A stretch of DNA of 38,427 nt from Candidatus Zixiibacteriota bacterium. GTDB taxonomy: Bacteria; Zixibacteria; MSB-5A5; GN15; FEB-12. The position numbers were made by a program, and so were the translations under genes. The stretch is from positions 1 to 38,427 of the forward strand of contig QNAF01000001.1 in assembly GCA_003641405.1 (NCBI GenBank). Direction: 5' to 3'. The notes under the pieces were generated by a model that was not told the DNA's origin, searched no databases, and saw nothing but the letters and a program-made list of their open reading frames with translations. Below, in pieces: positions 17,319 through 26,164 of the stretch. Position 1 is the first letter of the stretch; each line of letters opens with the position of its first letter.

Positions 17319-18480
17319 ATTGCATTTGACCTGATTTGTCAATAGCCCTGAGCGTTTCCAGCAGAACTTTCACGCAGTAATTCACATCCTCAACGGAAAG
17401 CTCCGGGTACAGCGGCAACGACAACCCCTGACGAGCGAGTCGTTCCGACTCCGGCAGTGATTGCCAGCCCGGCTGGGCTTTGAATACTTCCATACTGTGC
17501 GCATCGACCGAGCCTATACCCGCCTCAACTCCGTGATTGTCCCTGAGCATTCGGATGATTTCGTTTCTGTCCTCCTTCTTGAGCACCACCATGAACGTCT
17601 GCCAGGTGTGTTCTTCCGGTGCCTCCGGCAGATCGATATCCTTACAACCGCTCAACCGCTCGATGTACTGTAGGACGATTTCACGGCGACGTTTCAGAGA
17701 GCGAGCAAGCTTGCTTGCGGAACCTCCAGCCAACTGAGTGGTACCAATCGCGGCTTGGAACTCGGTCATTCGGTAGTTCAACCCGGGGAACTCAACTACT
17801 GATCCGGGGGCACGACCATGATTGCGGAAAGCTCGGCAGCGAACAGCCAACTCTTCATCATTGGTAACAACCATGCCTCCTTCGCCGGTTGTAATCGACT
17901 TGAGAGGGTGAAAGCTGAACACTCCGGCCTTTCCGAGACTTCCGACATGCGATGATCCCCCAGCCTTGATTGCCCCCAGCGCGCAAGCCGCGTCTTCAAG
18001 CACATCCAACTCATATTCCTCGGCAACTTCAAGCACGGCATCGAGATCGCACGGAAGTCCAAACTGGTGGATGGCTACGATGAGTCGCGGAGTTCCGAGG
18101 TCTTCCCGGATCGACTTCTCAATCCTGACGCGCAAATGTGCAACATCAATGTTATATGTCCCCGGAAGTACATCGATTAGAATGGGCAAAGCTCCTATAA
18201 GGACCGCCAGATTAGCCGCTGAAGGCCAGGCAAACGAGGGGATATAGACAATATCGCCCGGCTGAATATTCATAGCCAGATAGGCGACATGGATCGCCGC
18301 CGTTCCAGAAGATACTGCAATCGCCTGCTGGACACCTACAAGCTCGCGGACAACCTCTTCGAATTGAACGACTTCCCGCCCCTGGACCAGATTGCCGCTG
18401 TCAAACACGCGATGTACAGCTTCAAGTTCCGTCTCACCAAGGTTGGGACGTGCCAGACGATAGCGCAACTCAGACATCAA
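17317..18480 (-). CDS. DegT/DnrJ/EryC1/StrS-family sugar aminotransferase
   Basis: 387 aa. Has the PLP-lysine motif FSFHPLKSITTGEGG and the N-terminal pattern LGETELEAV..SGNLVQG typical of the family. Confidence 0.9.
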   Translation of the reverse strand: MMSELRYRLARPNLGETELEAVHRVFDSGNLVQGREVVQFEEVVRELVGVQQAIAVSSGTAAIHVAYLAMNIQPGDIVYIPSFAWPSAANLAVLIGALPILIDVLPGTYNIDVAHLRVRIEKSIREDLGTPRLIVAIHQFGLPCDLDAVLEVAEEYELDVLEDAACALGAIKAGGSSHVGSLGKAGVFSFHPLKSITTGEGGMVVTNDEELAVRCRAFRNHGRAPGSVVEFPGLNYRMTEFQAAIGTTQLAGGSASKLARSLKRRREIVLQYIERLSGCKDIDLPEAPEEHTWQTFMVVLKKEDRNEIIRMLRDNHGVEAGIGSVDAHSMEVFKAQPGWQSLPESERLARQGLSLPLYPELSVEDVNYCVKVLLETLRAIDKSGQMQ

Positions 18481-18557
18481 TAAAGATGAGCCTCAGAAAA
18501 ACAGATTTAAGCTGATCGAGTCTTCAACAAAAACGGGAATGTGTTTGATCGATTCCG

Positions 18558-19037
18558 CTATTCTCCCGGCGGAGCAATCCACGTATCGAGCGAATATTTA
18601 TCGGCAAGTTCAGCCTTCATTCCCGTGGCTTCACCGAGTGTCGCATAATCGCCGATGCGGACCCTATAATATGTCACACCGCCGAACGGAAAAGTTGAAA
18701 CAGACACTTCGTATCCACGCTCAGTGTAGAGATTCACCAGGTGTTCGGCATACTGGGATGACTCGCAGGAAGCTACCTGCACGGAATAGCCTTCACCGTC
18801 GCCTGTCGAAAGCACCAGATTTGAACCAGGTGTTTCTTCTTCGGGTACTGCCGACACATCAGGGACAGGTTCCGCTGCAGTGTCAACTTCAGCAATCTGG
18901 TCAGATGCTATACCGGTATCGGAATCACGTTCTTCCATCTCCTGCTCCAACTGAGCCGCATCTTTCTGTTTGTCCGAACATCCCATTAGCAATACAACCG
19001 CCATCAGCATTACGACAATCACTCTCAGTATCTGCAT
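18558..19037 (-). CDS. SPOR-domain lipoprotein
   Basis: The ATG at 19037 is preceded by GGAGGA. Signal/lipobox VLLMGCS. C-terminal SPOR-like domain YSVQVASCESSQYAEHLVNLYTERGYEVSV..YYRVRIGDYATLGEA. The ORF-track extension to 19133 is unnecessary. Confidence 0.85.
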   Translation of the reverse strand: MQILRVIVVMLMAVVLLMGCSDKQKDAAQLEQEMEERDSDTGIASDQIAEVDTAAEPVPDVSAVPEEETPGSNLVLSTGDGEGYSVQVASCESSQYAEHLVNLYTERGYEVSVSTFPFGGVTYYRVRIGDYATLGEATGMKAELADKYSLDTWIAPPGE

Positions 19038-19203
19038 ATTTCCTCCGAAATCGGATTTCAACAATTTTTCAATAACTGACACACGGCCACCAATCAGCCG
19101 TAATTCATACAGGCTTTTATACAAAACACCCATCTCCAGTCAAGAAACCCGCAGCCAAAATCCTTGTCAACCTAAAAGAGCCGTGAGATGAGCAACAATG
19201 CTC

Positions 19204-19232
19204 TTGAAATCGGAACCTCAATAGTATAAGAT
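19204..19232 (+). promoter_or_regulatory. candidate sigma70 promoter for the cysteine synthase gene (TTGAAA-N17-TAAGAT)
   Basis: -35 at 19204-19209 and -10 at 19227-19232, about 25 nt upstream of the start region. Confidence 0.35.
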
Positions 19233-19255
19233 AAGGGCCGTATTCAGGAGAACCG

Positions 19256-20245
19256 GTGAACATGCGCGAGAACATATACGATTTTGTTGGCAATACACCT
19301 TTGGTGCGACTTAGGACGGGACTTCCCCCGGACGGCCCAAAGGCCTACGTCAAGCTGGAGTCCTTCAGCCCTACGGGATCAGTCAAAGACCGTATGGTCC
19401 TTCACATAATTAGAAAAGCAGTTTCCGAGGGGAAGCTCAAGCCCGGAGACACGGTCATTGACAACACTTCCGGTAATACCGGAGCTTCGCTGGGAATGGT
19501 GGCTGCGGCATTTGGGCTAAGAGCAATCGTTACAACTCCCGATAAGACCAGCCAGGAAAAGATCGACTTGATAAGATCATTCGGTGTAGAAGTAATTGTA
19601 ACCGCATCAGACACCGCGCATGATGATCCCGAAGGCTATTATATGATCGCTCGGACATTGGCTCAAGAAAATGGCTACTTTGACCTTGACCAGTATAACA
19701 GTCAGGAGAATATCGAAGCTCACTATTTGTCTACAGGACCTGAAATCTGGGAACAAACCCAGGGTAAGATCACTCATTTTGTCTGTGGGATTGGTACGGG
19801 AGGAACATTCTCCGGGGCAGCCAGATTTCTTAAGGAAAAAAAACCGTCCATGAGGGCCATCGCCGTAGACCCGGAAGGATCGATCCTTGCCGATTACATC
19901 AAAAGCGACCGAGTGACTGCCGGACACGCTTACAAAGTTGAGGGCATCGGTTCCGATGTCATCATAGACGCGTTGCAACCTCAGTATGTCGATGAAGTAA
20001 TCACAGTCTCCGACAAAGACTCGTTCAATAGAGCACGCCTGATCTCCAAAGTTGAGGGCATTTCCGGTGGTGGCTCGTCCGGTTCGGTAGCTGTTGCTAT
20101 CGAAAAAGTAGCCGCAGAATTGAGCGGAGACTCTCTTATCATAGGTATTTTCGCTGACGCTGGTACGCGTTATTTGAGCAAATGTTACAACGATGACTGG
20201 ATGCGCCGACAAGGCTATCTGCCGACGGCCGAAGGGAATGAATAA
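19256..20245 (+). CDS. PLP-dependent cysteine synthase family protein (CysK/CysM/CBS-like, no CBS pair)
   Basis: Motifs SVKDR (PLP lysine), NTSGNTGASLG and GIGTGGTFSG. GTG at 19256 or ATG at 19262. Confidence 0.9.
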   Translation: MNMRENIYDFVGNTPLVRLRTGLPPDGPKAYVKLESFSPTGSVKDRMVLHIIRKAVSEGKLKPGDTVIDNTSGNTGASLGMVAAAFGLRAIVTTPDKTSQEKIDLIRSFGVEVIVTASDTAHDDPEGYYMIARTLAQENGYFDLDQYNSQENIEAHYLSTGPEIWEQTQGKITHFVCGIGTGGTFSGAARFLKEKKPSMRAIAVDPEGSILADYIKSDRVTAGHAYKVEGIGSDVIIDALQPQYVDEVITVSDKDSFNRARLISKVEGISGGGSSGSVAVAIEKVAAELSGDSLIIGIFADAGTRYLSKCYNDDWMRRQGYLPTAEGNE

Positions 20246-20967
20246 TGAGATTTCGCTATTGCGTACATGTGGTGATGTTTGTGCTTCTGCTCTTTGTGAC
20301 ACCGCTCGTTACTGCGGCTGAATTTGCAGGCAACAAAAGCCTGGTTGTTGACGAATTAGTATATGACTTCGGCTGCGTGGGTATGGATTTCGAGATCGTT
20401 CATTTCTACAAGCTGACCAATACCGACCAGAAAGCGGTGAAGATTGACTCGGTGAAAACACTCTGTGAGTGTTCGCGGGTCAGGTTAGCAGACTCCGTTC
20501 TTGCACCCGGTGATACTACTACCATACGACTCGAGTTCGACACCAGGGACTATTACGGTGGGGTTCAAAAAGGTGTCAGAGTTTTCTATGGAAAAGGGGA
20601 CGGTTCGAAAATCACGATGTTCTGGACAGCTATCGTCGGCCAATGGCTCTACAAGGTCAAGCCGGAACCAATTTCGTTGTTTTTTCTTCCCGGACAGACT
20701 TCTAAGAAGTCCACTTTTCTGAACACCGATCTTGAATCCATCGAAATCATAGATGTTGAGGCTCTGGATGATCTGATAACTGTACAACCTGTGAAAACCA
20801 AGGCCGAGACTGGCAAAGCCGTGGAACTTGTAATCACCACTCGAGAAGACATCAAACCTGGGACCTACCACACAAACTTCAGAGTGAGCTTTGATGTCGG
20901 CGAAGACGCCGCCGAGAATTCACTGCCGTTGAGAATCACAATTCCAGCGAAGATTGTTCGATACTGA
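20245..20967 (+). CDS. DUF1573-like secreted protein
   Basis: Signal peptide. The pattern YDFGCVGMDFEIVHFYKLTNTDQKAVKIDSVKTLCECS resembles the DUF1573 signature (FDFG..h.F...N.G...l.I..v...C.C). Its start shares 1 nt with the cysK-like stop (TAATG). Confidence 0.75.
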   Translation: MRFRYCVHVVMFVLLLFVTPLVTAAEFAGNKSLVVDELVYDFGCVGMDFEIVHFYKLTNTDQKAVKIDSVKTLCECSRVRLADSVLAPGDTTTIRLEFDTRDYYGGVQKGVRVFYGKGDGSKITMFWTAIVGQWLYKVKPEPISLFFLPGQTSKKSTFLNTDLESIEIIDVEALDDLITVQPVKTKAETGKAVELVITTREDIKPGTYHTNFRVSFDVGEDAAENSLPLRITIPAKIVRY

Positions 20968-21009
20968 ATACAGTAAGAAATCAACATACGGACATCTTGC
21001 CAAAATAAG

Positions 21010-21037
21010 TTGACAGGCGTTAATGCCGACATATATT
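21010..21037 (+). promoter_or_regulatory. candidate promoter of the tRNA pair (TTGACA-N16-TATATT)
   Basis: -35 at 21010-21015 and -10 at 21032-21037, about 40 nt upstream of tRNA-Gly. Confidence 0.45.
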
Positions 21038-21078
21038 AGAGGACAGTCCCTGAAAGGGGACTACGATAGTCTGAATAA

Positions 21079-21151
<73 letters not shown>

Positions 21152-21163
21152 TGTAATCTATTG

Positions 21164-21235
21164 GGCGGCATAGCCAAGTGGTAAGGCAGAGGTTTGCAAA
21201 ACCTTTATCCCCCAGTTCGAATCTGGGTGCCGCCT
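21164..21235 (+). tRNA. tRNA-Cys (anticodon GCA)
   Basis: Acceptor GGCGGCA/TGCCGCC, 3-bp D-stem GCC/GGC, anticodon arm GAGGT-TTGCAAA-ACCTT, T-arm CCCAG-TTCGAAT-CTGGG. Followed by a T-run. Confidence 0.9.
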
Positions 21236-21349
21236 TTTTCATCACATCCAACTTTATCTGAGACAAGACCATACTGGATCAACTCGTCCTTATCTTCGCC
21301 TCGTTTTGGCCGAAACCATACTTATAGGTCTGGTAAATCCAGAAAACGC

Positions 21350-21378
21350 TTGACACACACTGAGTGTATGTATATAAT
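21350..21378 (+). promoter_or_regulatory. perfect consensus sigma70 promoter TTGACA-N17-TATAAT upstream of the giant secreted protein gene
   Basis: -35 at 21350-21355, exactly 17 nt of spacer, -10 at 21373-21378. It is correctly oriented, about 150 nt upstream of the ATG at 21531. The expected number of chance exact matches in this window is about 0.005 (76,854 positions / 4^12, assuming equal base frequencies). Confidence 0.6.
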
Positions 21379-21530
21379 TGATATGGAGATACATCAGGAT
21401 TTGTACAGCATGGTCATATCTACCCGCGAGTCGCTGTATTGTGGAAATTGAATCGAACATTATAATATCTAAGCTTATGTGTGGATTGCAAAGTTCACGC
21501 GCTAAAACCATTGGTTTTTTGGAGGAAATC

Positions 21531-24500
21531 ATGATCAAGAAAGTTGTAATGATTGCTTTCGGAGTAATCTTGCTTGGCGGCACATTACTGTTGGCCGCTG
21601 ACATCACATCTCCAGAGCAATCGCGCAGGGTGGCTTTCCAGGATGCCTTGCAAGCGAATGAGTATGTGCCAACCGAGAAACCTGAACCTGAATCACAAGC
21701 ATCAGGTAAAGCTACCTTTACGGTTGTTAACATCAACGACGCCGGTCCGGGCAGCCTTCGTGACGCCATCATCCAAGCCAACGCCGCCATCGGACACGAT
21801 CTCATTGATTTCAACATCCTTGGTGTTGGCGTGCAGACGATTTCTCTGCAGACTCCTCTTCCCTGGTTGACGGACATGAACGGTGTTACAATCGACGGGT
21901 TGACCCAACCGGGCGCCTCAGCGGGAATGAGCCCACCCTCGACTCTTCAACTCATGATTGAGATCGATGCCATCGCCACCGGCGGTGGGAATCACGGCGT
22001 TCTCGTGTGCAACGGTGCCAATGACACTCTCCAGGGATTGGTTATCGTCAACCATGAGGAGAGCGGTCTCTCTATCATTTCGAACCAGTATTATGACGCT
22101 CATGATATTGTGTTCCGGTGGAACATCATCGGCCTTGATCCAACCGGAACTTTCATGAAATCCAACGGCACGACTGACATGACCCCTCCCGGCTGGGCAG
22201 GTATCTGTGTCCACAACAGCTCCGCGCCCTGGGTTGCGGTAGCTGCTCGTGATAATACTATTCAGGAGAACCTTATATCGGGCAACTACTGCGATGGTGT
22301 TGCGATAATTGGACCTGTTCAGCCTGGTGACGTATTCAACAATATGGTAATCGGTAACTATATCGGAACGGACATCACAGGCACGTTAGCGCTGGGTAAT
22401 TTCGGTGAAGGTGTCTGTCTCTGCGAGGGCACGCACGATAATCTTGTCTCCGATAACCTTATCTCTTTCAACGCCCTCGATGGTGTCGGCATACAGGGCT
22501 TCCCACAAGAACCGGAGCCTATCGTCACCTGGGGCAATACAATTACCAACAACAGAATTGGCATTAATGTTACCGGTATGCCGGCCGGAAACGGCCATCA
22601 CGGTGTGGTCTGTGGAGAATACGGCGGTACCCCATGGGGCTGCGCACCGGGTAACAACATTCGCGATAATGTGATCGCCAATAACGGTACTCTGAATATC
22701 ATAAGTGATGGCGTGGCCGTTACCGAGGTCATGGGTTTCTGCGATTTTAACCTGATCACCCAGAACTCAATTTACGACAATATAGAACTTGGTATCGACC
22801 TGCAAAACGACGGGGTGACGCCGAACGATCCGGGTGATCCCGATGACGCCGGCAACATCTATCTCAACTTCCCGGTCATCATCAGTGCGATCTACTCCGG
22901 AGGTGCCACGGCAATTGCCGGTACAATCGACATCGATACTGATCCCTCTCAGGCTACAGTCGAGGTTTTCAAGGCTCGAATCGACCCAACCGGTTACGGT
23001 GAAGGCGAAATCTATCTTGGCTCAGCTACTCCGGACATCGCTGGCAACTGGAGCCTTGTGTTAGCGGGAGGTCTTGCTGTAGGAGACTGGGTCACAGCGA
23101 CCACTACCGACCTGAACAACAACACTTCGGAGTTCTGTGAGAACGTCCAGGTTCGTGAAGAAGGCCCGGATCCCTGGGACTGCGAACTCAACCCGCCACC
23201 AGACAAATTGGGCGGCGGCTGGGAATCCGAACCCAACAATGATTGCACAATAGCCGACTACGCTGAGTGTGAACACGCCTACTGCGGCGATATCATACCC
23301 GAAAACGATCAGGACTGGTGGGTGGTCACTCTACCTCCGGGCGGATCGGACGAATGCTATTGCCTGCATGTAAGAGTATTTGCCGACGCTACTCCGGGCA
23401 CCATCGCCACCGGCGGCGGTCTTGATTCCTATCTTGAAATCTATGCTGCTGACTGCACTACGCTGTTATACAGTCAGAACGACAACTGGGGACTGCTCCC
23501 CGACGCCGAAGGTACAGATTCGCAGTACGATTGCCAGGACGCAGGCAACTGCTATCACGCCGGTACAACACTGTATATTAAGGTGTCCTCTAATATGGGC
23601 ATGAGCGAAGGCCCGTACCTGCTGGTCATCAACTGCTATGACTGCGTGTGTCCCAATGATCCTTGGGATTGCGATCTCAACCCGCCGACCGGCAAGCTTG
23701 GCGGCGGCTTGGAGACCGAGACCAATGACAACTGCATGACCGCCAACTCGGCTCAGTGCGAATACGCCTACTGCGGCGATATCTGGCCGACAGGTGATGA
23801 GGATTGGTGGGAGCTCGCATTGCCGACAGCCGTAGATGTATGCTACAATATCGAAGTTAGAGTCTTTGCCGACGACACACCCGGACAGTACGCCTACCTG
23901 GGAGGTCTGGATCCGCACCTGGAGGTCTTCGGTACTGACTGCACGACGTTGTTATTCAGCAATGATGACTACAACGGAACTTTCCCTGACGCCGTTGGTG
24001 CCGACGCCCAGTACGACTACGCACAAGTGGGCAATTGCTATCCCGCCGGAACAATACTCTACCTGAGAATCACGTCTACTCCAACCGGAGCTGGCGACAG
24101 TGGTCCGTACCTGCTGGTCATCAACTGCCAGACATGTACGTGTCCTCAGACTTCCGATCTAGTAGTATGTGAACCGCAACCGCCCACCCATCCACCTCAC
24201 TATTGGTACGAAGTTACTCCGGAAGACAACAACGGTCGGTGCGATTTCCACGTCAAAGTCTTTGACTCTGACATAAACAACTACTCCAACTGGGTGGATC
24301 CTGCCGGCTGGCAGCATAACCTGCATCAGGTTGGCGGCGACTGGTGGGTTTCCTGGTGGAACGTCGGCTGCACCGACCCGATCTACAACTTCGCCCCCAA
24401 GACGTTTGGATTTGATAATTCCAACCCGTCCGTGTGGAGCGATTGGACTATCACAGTCTCTGGCAGCAACGACGATCCATTCAACACTTTACATGATCAG

Positions 24501-25673
24501 TCTTCCAACCACACGACTGATCCCGACGGATACGGTTACCGCGTGCACGTGCCTCTTTACGAAGGCCCGCACGAATACAAGTGGGCTCAGCCACCTGATC
24601 TGGAACCTACCGGCATGGACATCAACGCTACTATCCATCCGCCTTTCATTGAAGGAAATGTGCTGGCAGATGACTTCGAGTGTTTTATCACAGGTCCTCT
24701 TACACAGATTGTCGTTTACGGTTCGTGGTTTAATGACTGGGGTCCGATGGGCGAACCCTGCAACGTCATCTTCAGACTCAGCATTCACTCTGACATTCCA
24801 GTGGGTCCGGACGGCTGGAGTATACCGGAGAACCCGCCACTGTGGACAATGGACTTCATACCTGGTCAGTTCGATTGTGAACTGTATATGGGCGGCATCT
24901 TAGAAGGTTTCTACTGGCCCGAGATAGGGATATACGAGTTCCCTGGCGACACCCAGTGCTGGAAATACACCTTCCATCTTGATCCATTAGAGACATTCAT
25001 CCAGCAGGGTACAGAGCAGGATCCCGTAATCTACTGGCTTGACGTACAGGCCTTTGTAGAAAACGATGTGGATGCGTTCTTCGGTTGGAAGACGACCCAT
25101 ATTGAGAACCAGTGGAATGACGACGCGGTGTGGGCTCTCGGCATTGACCCGCCGCTGAACCCGTGGATTGAGTTGCTCTATCCCGTTAATCACCCGTGGG
25201 AGTTCGCATCGCTGGATCTGGCTTTCGAGATCTACGGTGAGGAAGAGCCGCAAGACCGTGGGGCTTGCTGCCACGGGATTCCGAACTTCCTGTGCACGAT
25301 CGAAACCCAGGCTGACTGCGAAGGCAACGGCTGGAAATACATGGGTGATGGAACGTCATGCGTACCTGATCCTTGCACCACCTGCTGTATCCCGCCTTCA
25401 GTGGGTGATCTCGATCAGTCCGGAGGAGCTCTCGGCTTCAACTACGACGGGGCTGACCTGTCCTTAATGATCAACGGGCTGTTCATTGATCCGGCGAACG
25501 GTTTCAATGGTATATGCCTCGACGAGGCCGATGTGGACTTCACCTGTTTCCGTCCCTGCGACGACAAGATGAAGATTGATGGTGCTGATTTGTCATTGCT
25601 GATCAACGCGTTGTTCATCGCGCCGGCGCCGTCCAGCTACTTGAACAAGTGTGACGGTTCGACGAATCCGTAA
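21531..25673 (+). CDS. giant secreted multidomain protein (~1380 aa): right-handed beta-helix, two PPC-like domains, unassigned domain, Cys-rich module, dockerin-like tail
   Basis: The ATG at 21531 is preceded by GGAGGA, and the signal peptide is MIKKVVMIAFGVILLGGTLLLA. The head FTVVNINDAGPGSLRDAIIQANA is followed by many N-x-I/V-x-x-N beta-helix turns. Two ~163-aa repeats carry E(P/T)NNDC..A......YCGDI....D.DWW (pre-peptidase C-terminal-like). The C-terminal duplicated segment DGADLSL(M/L)IN(G/A)LFI is dockerin-like. The ORF-track start at 21378 lies inside the promoter and is rejected. Confidence 0.85.
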   Translation: MIKKVVMIAFGVILLGGTLLLAADITSPEQSRRVAFQDALQANEYVPTEKPEPESQASGKATFTVVNINDAGPGSLRDAIIQANAAIGHDLIDFNILGVGVQTISLQTPLPWLTDMNGVTIDGLTQPGASAGMSPPSTLQLMIEIDAIATGGGNHGVLVCNGANDTLQGLVIVNHEESGLSIISNQYYDAHDIVFRWNIIGLDPTGTFMKSNGTTDMTPPGWAGICVHNSSAPWVAVAARDNTIQENLISGNYCDGVAIIGPVQPGDVFNNMVIGNYIGTDITGTLALGNFGEGVCLCEGTHDNLVSDNLISFNALDGVGIQGFPQEPEPIVTWGNTITNNRIGINVTGMPAGNGHHGVVCGEYGGTPWGCAPGNNIRDNVIANNGTLNIISDGVAVTEVMGFCDFNLITQNSIYDNIELGIDLQNDGVTPNDPGDPDDAGNIYLNFPVIISAIYSGGATAIAGTIDIDTDPSQATVEVFKARIDPTGYGEGEIYLGSATPDIAGNWSLVLAGGLAVGDWVTATTTDLNNNTSEFCENVQVREEGPDPWDCELNPPPDKLGGGWESEPNNDCTIADYAECEHAYCGDIIPENDQDWWVVTLPPGGSDECYCLHVRVFADATPGTIATGGGLDSYLEIYAADCTTLLYSQNDNWGLLPDAEGTDSQYDCQDAGNCYHAGTTLYIKVSSNMGMSEGPYLLVINCYDCVCPNDPWDCDLNPPTGKLGGGLETETNDNCMTANSAQCEYAYCGDIWPTGDEDWWELALPTAVDVCYNIEVRVFADDTPGQYAYLGGLDPHLEVFGTDCTTLLFSNDDYNGTFPDAVGADAQYDYAQVGNCYPAGTILYLRITSTPTGAGDSGPYLLVINCQTCTCPQTSDLVVCEPQPPTHPPHYWYEVTPEDNNGRCDFHVKVFDSDINNYSNWVDPAGWQHNLHQVGGDWWVSWWNVGCTDPIYNFAPKTFGFDNSNPSVWSDWTITVSGSNDDPFNTLHDQSSNHTTDPDGYGYRVHVPLYEGPHEYKWAQPPDLEPTGMDINATIHPPFIEGNVLADDFECFITGPLTQIVVYGSWFNDWGPMGEPCNVIFRLSIHSDIPVGPDGWSIPENPPLWTMDFIPGQFDCELYMGGILEGFYWPEIGIYEFPGDTQCWKYTFHLDPLETFIQQGTEQDPVIYWLDVQAFVENDVDAFFGWKTTHIENQWNDDAVWALGIDPPLNPWIELLYPVNHPWEFASLDLAFEIYGEEEPQDRGACCHGIPNFLCTIETQADCEGNGWKYMGDGTSCVPDPCTTCCIPPSVGDLDQSGGALGFNYDGADLSLMINGLFIDPANGFNGICLDEADVDFTCFRPCDDKMKIDGADLSLLINALFIAPAPSSYLNKCDGSTNP
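23169..24156 (+). repeat. tandem in-frame duplication (2 x ~489 nt) inside the giant gene
   Basis: Unit 1 starts with gatccctgggactgcgaactcaacccgcc at 23169. Unit 2 starts with gatccttgggattgcgatctcaacccgcc at 23658. Both end with the identical 24-mer ccgtacctgctggtcatcaactgc (PYLLVINC). Confidence 0.85.
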
Positions 25674-25717
25674 CACTCAGCAATAAGCGTACTTTGCAGG
25701 TACGCTGACTGAAACCA

Positions 25718-25753
25718 GGCGGCCATCTCGATTGTGAGATGGCCGCTTTTTTG
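25718..25753 (+). terminator. rho-independent terminator of the giant gene
   Basis: ggcggccatctc-gattgt-gagatggccgc followed by TTTTTTG, 45 nt after the stop at 25673. Confidence 0.8.
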
Positions 25754-25925
25754 TTGGCCGAAGATTATCCGTGACTACATGAAGCATCTCATTGCCGTTC
25801 AACCCCTTACAAAAACATCTCTTGGTCAAGTATTTCCTTGCTCGCTTTCGTATTTCGCATATATTGACCGGAGATTTGAGAAAACAGGCAATAACAACTG
25901 CCAGATGATTTTGGAGGTTCTTACT

Positions 25926-26111
25926 ATGGCGATGAAGATAACCGACGAGTGCACTGCATGCGATCTGTGCTTAGCTGAATGCCCGACGGGATCAATCACT
26001 GAAGGCGACATTTACGTAATCAATCCCGACACATGTAACGAGTGTGAAGATCAGGATGATGGCCCAGCATGCGTTGATGTTTGTCCTGTCGATTGTATTG
26101 AAAAAGCCTGA
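25926..26111 (+). CDS. 2[4Fe-4S] dicluster ferredoxin (YfhL / Allochromatium-type spacing), 61 aa
   Basis: MAMKITDECTACDLCLAECP (CxxCxxCxxxCP) plus CNECEDQDDGPACVDVCP (CxxC-x8-CxxxCP). GGAGG lies 9 nt upstream of the ATG at 25926. The ORF-track N-terminal extension begins inside the upstream terminator. Confidence 0.85.
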   Translation: MAMKITDECTACDLCLAECPTGSITEGDIYVINPDTCNECEDQDDGPACVDVCPVDCIEKA

Positions 26112-26130
26112 TTGATGCCGAGAGATTGGT

Positions 26131-26164
26131 AGCCGCCTGTTTGTTACAGGCGGCTATTTTATTG
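26131..26164 (+). terminator. rho-independent terminator of the ferredoxin gene
   Basis: agccgcctgt-ttgtt-acaggcggct followed by ATTTTATT, 20 nt after the stop. Confidence 0.7.

Noticed and set aside
21290-21877. 195-aa minus-strand ORF, plus the ORF-track start at 21378 for the giant gene.
   Set aside because: The minus ORF spans the promoter, leader and signal-peptide region of the giant gene and has no RBS or motif. The start at 21378 falls inside the -10 hexamer. The ATG at 21531 has a GGAGGA RBS and begins a canonical signal peptide.
25734-25925. N-terminal extension of the ferredoxin ORF (the track calls 125 aa).
   Set aside because: The extension begins inside the upstream terminator hairpin and has no ferredoxin-like sequence. 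The ATG at 25926 has a GGAGG RBS and gives a standard ~60-aa dicluster ferredoxin.
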